From a virus (lineage: Duplodnaviria > Heunggongvirae > Uroviricota > Caudoviricetes), in IMG/VR virus record IMGVR_UViG_2778261502_000007, positions 1 through 45,005 of that record: DNA of 45,005 bases; one strand, written 5' to 3'. Both the position numbers and the translations under genes were made by a program. A model generated the notes under the pieces. It was not told the DNA's origin. It searched no databases and was given only the letters and a program-made list of their open reading frames with translations. Positions 9,492 through 17,704 of this stretch are shown here, one piece after another. The stretch's first letter is position 1. The number at the start of each line of letters is the position of its first letter.

Positions 9492-10469
9492 ATGACAGAA
9501 TTAACCAAAGAGCAATTAATCGAAGAAGCCAAATTAAAAATAGCGATTGCGAAATGCCACCCCAATTCAGGGATGGCACGGGTAGAGGGCGAGTTATTCA
9601 AAATTGCACTGGCATCGCTGGAAGCAGAACCGATAGCGTGGGTATGCGGAGAAAACATAATCCTGTTTAATCCTGACACAGTTGAAGCATACGCAAAACG
9701 CGCGGAGATATCGCCTAAACCACTATATGCCGCGCCGCCAGTTCCTGTAATACAGGCTGATGTCGCGCAAGCAATTGAAAATCTCAAGCAGAAGTTAGTG
9801 GAATGCAATCGCTATAACTACTGCGCAGATGCAGTTAAAGGTGTTGAGGATGCCAGCCGCGTCTTTGCACTCCAAAATCAAAATATGTCAGCACCGATAA
9901 CGCCGGAGGCCATTGAAAACGCAATTGAATACATCCGCAGTATCGCTTTTCACATCGATGAAGACGATTACCACGGCAAACATATTGCGTATTTCATGCG
10001 ACAAGCATTGGCCTGGCTGGAAGGGCATTCATGCTGCGATGACAGACAAGGTAAAGCCGACAATCAACCAGTACGCGGTAACCAGGCTGCCGAATTCAAT
10101 AACGGTAATGAGTGGAACGGCAATCCTGATATTGATGACGCAATCATCATGCTCGACCGCATAGATACGCTGGAAAGTTGCGATGATGACCGTATTGAAG
10201 CGGTTAAGGCCGTTTTGCGTGGACTGGCTGGCAACTCTCCGGTAACTCCGGATGGTTGGATAAGCTGTAGTGATGCTGTTCCTGCGGAATACTGCGATGT
10301 GATTCTTTGCGATGATCTCGGGAATGTATTCCCCGGTTCCTGGGATAAGGTTTTTTGCCCCACTCGTGGCGGGAATAAGATGGCTTTTGTGGACAAAGAC
10401 GGCGTCGAAGTAGAGAGCTCAACTCACTGGATGCCGCTACCGGAACCATCGCAGGAGGTGAATCAATGA
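9492..10469 (+). CDS. DUF551-like protein (325 aa)
   Basis: C-terminal ...HWMPLPEPSQ motif recalled for DUF551. Confidence 0.5.
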   Translation: MTELTKEQLIEEAKLKIAIAKCHPNSGMARVEGELFKIALASLEAEPIAWVCGENIILFNPDTVEAYAKRAEISPKPLYAAPPVPVIQADVAQAIENLKQKLVECNRYNYCADAVKGVEDASRVFALQNQNMSAPITPEAIENAIEYIRSIAFHIDEDDYHGKHIAYFMRQALAWLEGHSCCDDRQGKADNQPVRGNQAAEFNNGNEWNGNPDIDDAIIMLDRIDTLESCDDDRIEAVKAVLRGLAGNSPVTPDGWISCSDAVPAEYCDVILCDDLGNVFPGSWDKVFCPTRGGNKMAFVDKDGVEVESSTHWMPLPEPSQEVNQ

Positions 10470-10549
10470 GCTGGCCTGAAGCATTCACAACGGTAGGAAT
10501 TGCAATGGCGGTGGCGCTGGTGGTGTATTCGATTTGCCGCTGGGGATAA
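10466..10549 (+). CDS. Candidate 27 aa single-TM peptide
   Basis: ATGA overlap with DUF551 stop; MSWPEAFTTVGIAMAVALVVYSICRWG; below track cutoff. Confidence 0.25.
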   Translation: MSWPEAFTTVGIAMAVALVVYSICRWG

Positions 10550-10679
10550 AAACGATTTGCGGGAAAAGGATAGTTAAGTAGAATTGCTGCGGGTGCTTGA
10601 GGCTGTCTGCCTCGGGCATGCCACTGTAAGGCAGACAGAGAAAAGCCCCAGTTAACATTACGCGTCCGGCAAGACGCTT

Positions 10680-10760
10680 AACATTAATCTGAGGCCAATT
10701 TCATGCTTTGCACATGTAGGTTAGCCTCTTACGCGCCGGAAGGCAAGGAGAAGCAGGCTA
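10680..10760 (-). ncRNA. Sok-like antisense RNA (approximate)
   Basis: Inferred from hok family organisation only; boundaries not determined. Confidence 0.3.
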
Positions 10761-10915
10761 TGAAGCAGCAAAAGGCGATGTTAATCGCCCTGATCGTCAT
10801 CTGTTTAACCGTCATAGTGACGGCACTGGTAACGAGGAAAGACCTCTGCGAGGTACGAATCCGAACCGGCCAGACGGAGGTCGCTGTCTTCACAGCTTAC
10901 GAATCTGAGGAGTAA
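10760..10915 (+). CDS. hok: Hok/Gef-family type I toxin (51 aa)
   Basis: MKQQKAMLIALIVICLTVIVTALVTRKDLCEVRIRTGQTEVAVFTAYESEE; in-frame upstream leader from 10703; structured 5' region with 9 bp inverted repeat CTGTCTGCC...GGCAGACAG. Confidence 0.85.
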   Translation: MKQQKAMLIALIVICLTVIVTALVTRKDLCEVRIRTGQTEVAVFTAYESEE

Positions 10916-11381
10916 GAGACCTGGCGGGGGATAAATCCCTCGCCACCTCTGATGTGTCAGGCATCCTCAACGCACCCGCACTTAACCTGCTTTGGCGGGT
11001 ATATTTTATCTGTGAATGTTTTTATAAAAATAATGCCCACGCACAGCATAAAACAAAAAGTATTACAGATAAAAAAGGAACGTAATGTGCAGATTTGTTG
11101 TTTTCCATATTTACTCACCTTAATATGATTAACCCTGATAGGGTTGTTATTTCAGCGGTTTTCAAATGAGATATTATGGTGATCTGACAAATTTGCATAA
11201 CATTAAAATTTAATTTGTTTAACCGCTTTTAATAATAAGCGTTGTTTGTATCCCAGCAATCTGTTGTTTGGTTTTTATTCCATTAAGGTGGGGGCTTTAC
11301 ACTGGAACCAGTTTATTTATACTTTATACGTCAGCCTGAACAACTGGCATCTGCTGCACTGCGCCATCGAGAGATTGAGAA

Positions 11382-11981
11382 ATGGCGCATATACAACTGG
11401 TCAAACAAACCTCTTCTGGTTTACTTCTCCCGGCGACGCCGGAGAGTTGCGATTTTCTGCATCAAATCAAAATAGGTGAGTGGATACACGCAGACTTTAA
11501 GCGTGTGCGTAACTACGCATTCCACAAGCGTTTTTTCAAACTCCTGCAACTCGGATTCGATTACTGGACTCCGGTCGGTGGGGCGATCACGCCTCGTGAA
11601 CGAACACTGGTGTCAGGTTTCGTTGATTACCTGTGTGACTCGGTAGGCAGGGAACATACGCCAGCCCTGAGCGAAGCCGCAGAGCAATATCTGAATACAG
11701 TTGCGACACGCAGAACCCGGGATACGGCATTGCTAAAGTCGTTTGAGGCTTTTCGCGAGTGGGTAACCATTCAGGCTGGATTTTACACCGAACATTTTTA
11801 TCCGGACGGTAGCCATGGGCGTCGGGCGAAATCCATCGCTTTTGCGAATATGGACGAAACCGAGTTTCAGCAGGTTTATAAATCTGTACTGAATGTGCTG
11901 TGGAACTGGATTCTGTTCCGTAAATTTTCCTCTCCGGAACAAGTCGAAAATGTGACTGCACAGCTGCTGGAGTTTGCGTGA
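11382..11981 (+). CDS. Conserved nin-region protein (possibly DUF1367-like)
   Basis: 199 aa; family from memory, low certainty. Confidence 0.45.
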   Translation: MAHIQLVKQTSSGLLLPATPESCDFLHQIKIGEWIHADFKRVRNYAFHKRFFKLLQLGFDYWTPVGGAITPRERTLVSGFVDYLCDSVGREHTPALSEAAEQYLNTVATRRTRDTALLKSFEAFREWVTIQAGFYTEHFYPDGSHGRRAKSIAFANMDETEFQQVYKSVLNVLWNWILFRKFSSPEQVENVTAQLLEFA

Positions 11982-12271
11982 TGGCAGATTTACGTAAAGC
12001 GGCGCGGGGCCAGATGTGTCAGGTCAGAATTCCTGGGTACTGCAATCACAATCCCGAAACTTCCGTGCTGGCGGATTACAGACTGGCGGGGACGTGTGGA
12101 ACAGCGACAAAGCCACACGATATGCAGGCTGCAATTGCCTGTAGCTCATGCCACGATTTAATCGACGGGAGAGTAAAAACCAGCGATTACACCAAAGAAG
12201 AATTACGCCTGATGCATGCAGAAGGTGTTTTTCGCACACAAGAAATCTGGAGAAAGGAAGGTTATTTATGA
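11978..12271 (+). CDS. YbcO-like Cys-rich protein (DUF1364-like)
   Basis: MMADLRKAARGQMCQVRIPGYCNHNPETSVLA... with several Cys/His; ATGA overlap with Q gene. Confidence 0.5.
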   Translation: MMADLRKAARGQMCQVRIPGYCNHNPETSVLADYRLAGTCGTATKPHDMQAAIACSSCHDLIDGRVKTSDYTKEELRLMHAEGVFRTQEIWRKEGYL

Positions 12272-12819
12272 TTTACCCAACAAATACAGGAAAAAGCGGG
12301 GAACACCTTCGTCTCACCACGCTGGAAAGTGTCTGGATTCAGGGAAAACTGCGTATGTGGGGGCGCTGGTCGTATATTGGCGGCGGTAAGACGGGGAATA
12401 TGTTTAACCAGTTGCTGGCATCCAAAAAATTGACGAAAACAGCCATCAATGAAGTTCTGCGCAGGATGAAAAAAGCGGGGATTGATAAGACGGAACTGGA
12501 GGCATTTTTGCGGGAAATGCTCGACGGTAAGCAGAAAAGCTGGTTGTCTCATTGTACTGATGCCGAGGCGTTATGTATTGATCGGGTAATTAGCGAAGTG
12601 CTGGTCGAGTATCCGGGATTAATTAGCATCCTCCGACAACGATATGAAGGGCGGGGAATGAGCAAACTGAAAATGGCAGAGCAGTTAAATGAAAATCATC
12701 CTGACTGGACATTAATTACCTGTCGACGTCGTATCGATCAATGGCTGATGATTGCTGAATTTATGCTTTATAAACCAATGTTCACGGCACAAAAAAAACT
12801 ATTGCAAAGTGAGCAATAA
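12268..12819 (+). CDS. Q-family late antiterminator (183 aa)
   Basis: ATG 12268 after AAGGAAG; ...KLRMWGRWSYIGGG... resembles QuuD-type Q; followed by terminator, promoters and late genes. Confidence 0.55.
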   Translation: MIYPTNTGKSGEHLRLTTLESVWIQGKLRMWGRWSYIGGGKTGNMFNQLLASKKLTKTAINEVLRRMKKAGIDKTELEAFLREMLDGKQKSWLSHCTDAEALCIDRVISEVLVEYPGLISILRQRYEGRGMSKLKMAEQLNENHPDWTLITCRRRIDQWLMIAEFMLYKPMFTAQKKLLQSEQ

Positions 12820-12887
12820 GCTGCTTCAATTCAGTTACGCTTCGCAAAGCTGTATCGCGAGGTTAACCAGAAACGTGAACTTAAAAA

Positions 12888-12910
12888 CCCGCCACTGGCG
12901 GTTTTTTTTA
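12888..12910 (+). terminator. Intrinsic terminator downstream of Q
   Basis: CCGCC-ACT-GGCGG stem followed by T8. Confidence 0.5.
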
Positions 12911-13003
12911 TTCCTGAAGCCTGATTAAAAAATGCGCGATTAAATGGTCGTATAAAATATATTTTGTGTACATTTGTGACTGTTTTTAAATTTATATAAA
13001 AAG

Positions 13004-13072
13004 TTGACAAAATAGAAAACTAAAAATAAATTTACAAAACTTGACGCTGCGATGTATTGCAGTTTTATTATT
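13004..13072 (+). promoter_or_regulatory. Tandem promoter-like elements upstream of tRNAs
   Basis: TTGACA (13004-13009), 17 nt, TAAATT; second TTGACG at 13041 with AT-rich -10. Confidence 0.4.
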
Positions 13073-13141
13073 TAAACGTATTATTTGCCGCAGTTCTTCA
13101 GGGGGGAGTAATTGCGATATATTCCTGTCTGAGGAAATAAT

Positions 13142-13217
<76 letters not shown>

Positions 13218-13220
13218 TAT

Positions 13221-13295
<75 letters not shown>

Positions 13296-13660
13296 GCAAA
13301 ACAAATGAGGTATAGGTTTTTCAGCACTGGCGTTTTTTTCGCGGGAAAGGTCTCGTATATCCTTTATCGCTCTCCCGAATTATAATGGAGACCAGTTATG
13401 ATTTCGGTGCTGTGTTTTTTGATACTATCGGAATAGTGCATTATTGGTGGGATTTTTTTGATGTTTCCTGGCAGGGGCTGATTATGCACTATCCCGATGT
13501 TATTAACATCACAAAATGAGGTGAGCCCCATGTGCGGGGGTGGTTTAAGTGGTTGTTTAGCGGGGAAACTACAGTATCTGATGGTATGTCAGGTATTTCG
13601 GGAGGCACCCGACACCTCACCTATATTATAATAATACTCTTCAGCACTTACTGATTTGAC

Positions 13661-13688
13661 CACCGCCTTAACAGGCGGTTTTTTTTCG
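13661..13688 (+). terminator. Intrinsic terminator
   Basis: CCGCC-TTAACA-GGCGG plus T8. Confidence 0.5.
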
Positions 13689-13859
13689 GTAATTTGCAGA
13701 ATTGTACGCTGAATAAGCATTACATCGTTAAATTTATAACTTATTCCGAATATGCGGTGCTTGCTTATTGTTAGCTTGCTGACATTTCTGTATCTTGCTG
13801 CGCCGCAGGTTTCCCCTGTAACGACGCTTGTATGATGAATCATTTAAACTTTGTAATTT

Positions 13860-13891
13860 GCCAGCCAGTCTCTGGTGGCTGGCTTTTTTTT
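13860..13891 (+). terminator. Intrinsic terminator
   Basis: GCCAGCCA-loop-TGGCTGGC plus T8. Confidence 0.55.
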
Positions 13892-13945
13892 GCAAGGTGT
13901 TCTGATAGTTCTGTTCGTCAGACTGGATTCCCGCAGAACAAAAAG

Positions 13946-14027
13946 CCGTCACTAACTCATTGGGTAAGAGTGCATAACACATATTGTTGTTTTGTGGTGC
14001 GGGGTTCGAGTCCCCGGTGACGGTCCA
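13946..14027 (+). other. tRNA-like element (tRNA remnant or atypical tRNA)
   Basis: Canonical acceptor CCGTCAC/GTGACGG, T-arm CGGGG-TTCGAGT-CCCCG and 3' TCCA, but anticodon arm does not fold canonically. Confidence 0.3.
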
Positions 14028-14054
14028 CTTGTAATGGTAAATATACTTTTAACA

Positions 14055-14077
14055 GGCTCGCTTCGGTGAGCTTTTTG
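14055..14077 (+). terminator. Hairpin with UUCG tetraloop and T-run
   Basis: GGCTCGC-TTCG-GTGAGCT then TTTTT. Confidence 0.4.
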
Positions 14078-14110
14078 TATGAGTTCAATCCGGTTTATAT
14101 TGGCGAAAAA

Positions 14111-14148
14111 GGGCGCGGCTGTCGGATTAAAGCCGCGGGACAAAGTCC
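14111..14148 (+). repeat. Structured motif copy A
   Basis: GCGGCT-GTCGGATTAA-AGCCGC then GGAC-AAA-GTCC; followed by ATG at 14149. Confidence 0.5.
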
Positions 14149-15010
14149 ATGAAGAAGAATAAGTATCTGCCTCCTTCAGGAGACATGTTTATACTACTAA
14201 GCATTTAGAATGGTTTAAATCCTCAGATTAACCTTAATTTCAGATAAGGCTTATTTCATTTTTTCGCGCACACCCGGCGCACATCAAAAACCACATAACC
14301 TTTCAGGGGTGAGCTTACGGGATGATCAGTGTGACTTGAGCTGGTCACTCCGGGCGGAGGCTCATCCACTAAAAGGAAACGTCACGATGTTTGGGATTTT
14401 CAAAAGAAAACCCGTAAGCCCATTGTTGAAATAAAGATGATGGAAAACTACGTGATAATGGGCGGCCGGTGGGTGTTTTCATGTGGCAAGAATCATTTTT
14501 CAGATTATTACAGTTGAAGTGATTTTATTCCTTGTTATTATACACCTGTCTTCTGGGAGAGTTATCTTATTCCCCGATAAGAATCCATATGAAGAGTAAA
14601 AATCGTTCAGGAAACAGGATCGCTGATTTGTAATTGGCTAGTCAGTGGCTGGAATCGCTCTGGCAGTAGATGAGACTCACTTATATTAAGCACTGACGCT
14701 TTATTCGTGGTAAGTTTTCGTAACTGTCGCTTTTTGTTTTGTAATAAAAACAAAACATCACGGTGTTGGTGTTGTTATTTTACAATAGCGGGATGGTGTA
14801 TTTTCGGTAGAAATGTTGTGTTTCTTTGGAGAGTCGGAAATACATCATTCCGGTGTTGTAAATAACACCAAAGAGATGTTTCCCGGTATGAGAGTGGTTT
14901 ACATTGTTGCTTTTGGAACCACAATATCTGGCATAAAGTCAGATATTCAGGGAAGTCCACAACATCTCAATTTCACTACAATAAAAATGATTCATCTTCA
15001 GCATTGTTCA

Positions 15011-15036
15011 ACCGCCGCACTAGGCGGTTTTTTTTG
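15011..15036 (+). terminator. Intrinsic terminator
   Basis: ACCGCC-GCACTA-GGCGGT plus T9. Confidence 0.55.
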
Positions 15037-15120
15037 TGTTGAATTCAAAAAAATACACGGACACTGATAATGTCCGTGTGGCAATGCCATGTAAGTCAAC
15101 GATGAATATGACACAAAAAA

Positions 15121-15157
15121 AACGCGACCGTCGGATTAAGGTCGCTGGACAAAGTCC
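15121..15157 (+). repeat. Structured motif copy B (compensatory stem changes)
   Basis: GCGACC-GTCGGATTAA-GGTCGC then GGAC-AAA-GTCC; followed by GTG at 15158. Confidence 0.5.
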
Positions 15158-15397
15158 GTGAAGCATAACGAATTTCCGTTCCTCCCCCCGTTCGGGAAGT
15201 GCAAAAAGTATATAAATTAATTTTTCTCGTTTAAACAGGAAAGTTAATCTGAATTTCTGGTAATCCTTATTCCCGTACATTAATTCTTCGCTTTTCATAT
15301 CAGACTATGTCACACAAAAGGCATTTGCGGATTCCTTCGATGGGATGTTGTTTTTTACGGGCCGCTGGTGGCCTTTTTTATTTACAGGAGAAAAAGT

Positions 15398-15787
15398 ATG
15401 TCTGAACCCTTATCCGGTTCCGGCACGGCTGCGGCGCTCGGCGGGGCGACGGTATTCGGGCTCTTTACCGGAACGGATTTCGGGATTGTGTTTGGTGCGT
15501 TCGCCGGGGCGTTATTTGTGGCAACGATACCGCAGCAGCTTTCAGCCTGGCGGATAGCGGCGCATTTTCTGGTGTCGTTCATTATCGGCGTGCTGGGGGC
15601 AGAGGTTCTGGCATCCTGGCTGGTCAGGCATACAGAGTTTGACGGTGCACCTGTCGATGCATTGTGTGCAGTGCTGGTGTCAGTGGTGTCGGTGAAGATT
15701 CTGTCGTTCATCCACCAGCAGGATATCGCATCACTGGTGTCCGGCCTGTTCTCCCGCCAGCGGGGTGGGGGAGGCGGCAATGCCTGA
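15398..15787 (+). CDS. Holin-like multi-TM membrane protein (129 aa)
   Basis: ATG 15398 after AGGAG; several Gly/Ala-rich hydrophobic segments; first gene of lysis cassette. Confidence 0.5.
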   Translation: MSEPLSGSGTAAALGGATVFGLFTGTDFGIVFGAFAGALFVATIPQQLSAWRIAAHFLVSFIIGVLGAEVLASWLVRHTEFDGAPVDALCAVLVSVVSVKILSFIHQQDIASLVSGLFSRQRGGGGGNA

Positions 15788-16058
15788 TAACCTTTCTGGA
15801 TTGCTGAATGTAGCGTTATGCACGGTTATCGTGTTGACGCTTTTTTTTTATCGTCGTCATGATTCCAGACATAAACCGCTGATGTCATGGCTGGCTTGGC
15901 TGCTGATGCTGCTTTATGCCCTTGCGCCACTCAGCTATCTGTGTGGTCGTCTGTTAGCGGCGAACTGGCTGGTGGTGTTTTTTAATCTGCTGTTCTGCGT
16001 GCTGGTGATACGTGCACGTGGGAATGTTTCAAAAATCCTTGCATTACGAAGGTACTGA
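15780..16058 (+). CDS. Second holin/antiholin-like membrane protein (92 aa)
   Basis: ATG 15780 after GGAGG; three hydrophobic segments; overlaps neighbours. Confidence 0.5.
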   Translation: MPDNLSGLLNVALCTVIVLTLFFYRRHDSRHKPLMSWLAWLLMLLYALAPLSYLCGRLLAANWLVVFFNLLFCVLVIRARGNVSKILALRRY

Positions 16059-16059
16059 A

Positions 16060-16605
16060 ATGAAGTCGAAAGATGAAATTTTTGACGAAGTTCTGGGAAA
16101 AGAGGGCGGTTACGTCAACCATCCGGATGATAAAGGTGGTCCGACCAAATGGGGCATTACTGAAAAAGTCGCCCGGGCGCACGGATATCAGGGCGATATG
16201 CGTGACCTGACGCGCGGGCAGGCGCTGGAAATACTCGAGGCGGATTACTGGTACGGCCCACGTTTTGACCAGGTGGCAAATTTGTCCCCGGATATTGCCG
16301 CAGAGCTGTGCGACACAGGCGTGAACATGGGACCAACTGTGGCGTCCAGAATGCTTCAACGCTGGCTGAACGTTTTCAACCTGCGCGGGAAACTGTATCC
16401 GGATATGGATGCAGACGGACGTATCGGCCCACGGACTATTAATGCGTTACGGGCATATCTGAAAAATCGCGGCAGAGATGGAGAGTTGGTAATGCTGACC
16501 GCACTGAACTGTACGCAGGGGGACCGCTATCTGGAACTGGCAGAGAGACGGGAGGCCAACGAGTCGTTTGTCTACGGCTGGATGAAAGAGCGCGTGGCAG
16601 TTTAA
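16060..16605 (+). CDS. Endolysin, GH108-type muramidase-like
   Basis: Motif EGGYVNHPDDKGGPTKWGIT typical of GH108 N-terminus as recalled; position after holins. Confidence 0.65.
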   Translation: MKSKDEIFDEVLGKEGGYVNHPDDKGGPTKWGITEKVARAHGYQGDMRDLTRGQALEILEADYWYGPRFDQVANLSPDIAAELCDTGVNMGPTVASRMLQRWLNVFNLRGKLYPDMDADGRIGPRTINALRAYLKNRGRDGELVMLTALNCTQGDRYLELAERREANESFVYGWMKERVAV

Positions 16606-16704
16606 AAACTGACGCTGAAGTGCTGAACACCCTCAACTTATTTCGGCTCTATTCTGAATTTACGATGGGCAAAAGTCAGGGTAATGGCGTCAGATGGCAA
16701 AAAG

Positions 16705-16745
16705 CAAAAACCCCGGCTGCGGTAACAGTCCGGGGTTTTCTGTTT
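16705..16745 (+). terminator. Intrinsic terminator
   Basis: CCCCGG-loop-CCGGGG followed by TTTTCTGTTT. Confidence 0.5.
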
Positions 16746-16772
16746 CTGGCCTTGGGTAAGGCAAAGGAAAAC

Positions 16773-16955
16773 ATGAGGAATTATAAACTAATTCTGTTGA
16801 GGTTGACTATGAAAAACGGCCTTGAATTGAAAGCGCCTGTAACTGATGACATCAGCAGAGCGGTGGCTTTTGCCATTAAGTGGGTGGCTGTCGGTATCGC
16901 TGTGTCTCCGATGCTGTATGGGCTGGCAAAATTGATCGTTGCGCTGAAATCGTGA
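16773..16955 (+). CDS. Small membrane protein (60 aa; alternative start 16809)
   Basis: Internal starts of track ORF 16620..16955, both with SD; C-terminal hydrophobic helix. Confidence 0.4.
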   Translation: MRNYKLILLRLTMKNGLELKAPVTDDISRAVAFAIKWVAVGIAVSPMLYGLAKLIVALKS

Positions 16956-16977
16956 GTGGGGGAATTAAGGGGTAAAT

Positions 16978-17112
16978 ATGTCAGACAGCATTATAAAACT
17001 GGCGCGGATTCTCTGTGTGGTTGTTGGTCTTTCATTTTCAGCAATGTTGGTTGCTATTTTCATTTCCACCGCCTGGCGAGTATTGAGCTTATCCGGGTTG
17101 ATTGGTGGATAG
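16978..17112 (+). CDS. Small single-TM protein (44 aa)
   Basis: ATG after AAGGGG; MSDSIIKLARILCVVVGLSFSAMLVAIFISTAWRVL...; below track cutoff. Confidence 0.4.
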   Translation: MSDSIIKLARILCVVVGLSFSAMLVAIFISTAWRVLSLSGLIGG

Positions 17113-17116
17113 CGAG

Positions 17117-17299
17117 ATGAAGCGGAAGCACTGGACACACAGAATGCCACGAACGGCGGCGAAATGGGCACTGGTAGCGATACTGGTGCCTTTTTTATTG
17201 GTGGGATGCGTCAGCCTGGATAAGGCGCGCCAGCTTTTCGATACAGCTTCTCAGGTCTGTGAAATTGTCGACGGTGTTCGGCAGTGTATGCAGAACTGA
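17117..17299 (+). CDS. Small lipoprotein (60 aa)
   Basis: Signal peptide with lipobox LLVGC; two further Cys in mature part; not proline-rich. Confidence 0.5.
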   Translation: MKRKHWTHRMPRTAAKWALVAILVPFLLVGCVSLDKARQLFDTASQVCEIVDGVRQCMQN

Positions 17300-17473
17300 T
17301 CGCCTGTAAGAGCAGAATATTTTGCTGAAAAATGATGAGTGCGCCAGCGTACAGAAAGCATGAAATTCTGCTGCGTGTGCCAATTTTATCTTATTCATTC
17401 TAAATCTTGCCGAATCAAGATGAACTTTGATCAACTGCCCGGGCGGCAAGGGGCATTAAAACAGGAGAAAATT

Positions 17474-17581
17474 ATGTGGAAACCTACTGGTGACAAGTTA
17501 ATCACCGCATTGATTGACGGCAAGCCACAATACTTACGCATTGAAATGAGCGGTCAGCATACTCGTTTGATTCGTGAGTAA
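17474..17581 (+). CDS. Small 35 aa protein
   Basis: ATG after AGGAG; MWKPTGDKLITALIDGKPQYLRIEMSGQHTRLIRE. Confidence 0.3.
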   Translation: MWKPTGDKLITALIDGKPQYLRIEMSGQHTRLIRE

Positions 17582-17704
17582 CAGGCATTACAGCAGCCCT
17601 TCATGGTGAGGGGGTGCGATAATGCCAAAGCTCGTCATCGGCACCCGCCGCGCACCCAGCGCACTGGCCGATAGCGGGCTTTTTTATTCATAAAGCGAGG
17701 CTGT

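Noticed and set aside
14111-15157. Possibility that the repeated hairpin motif is a CRISPR array
   Set aside because: Only two copies about 1 kb apart, not regularly spaced, no cas genes, and the stems differ by compensatory changes rather than being identical repeats.
13589-15298. Short ORFs (60-92 aa) on both strands in the post-tRNA region
   Set aside because: They overlap terminators and hairpins, lack SD sequences and have implausible composition; region treated as non-coding.
15382-15780. 132 aa minus-strand ORF
   Set aside because: Antisense to the holin-like gene; Pro/Ser-rich shadow ORF typical of GC-rich coding DNA.
16620-16772. N-terminal part of track ORF 16620..16955
   Set aside because: Spans an intrinsic terminator hairpin (16705-16745); only the distal part with SD-linked starts is retained.
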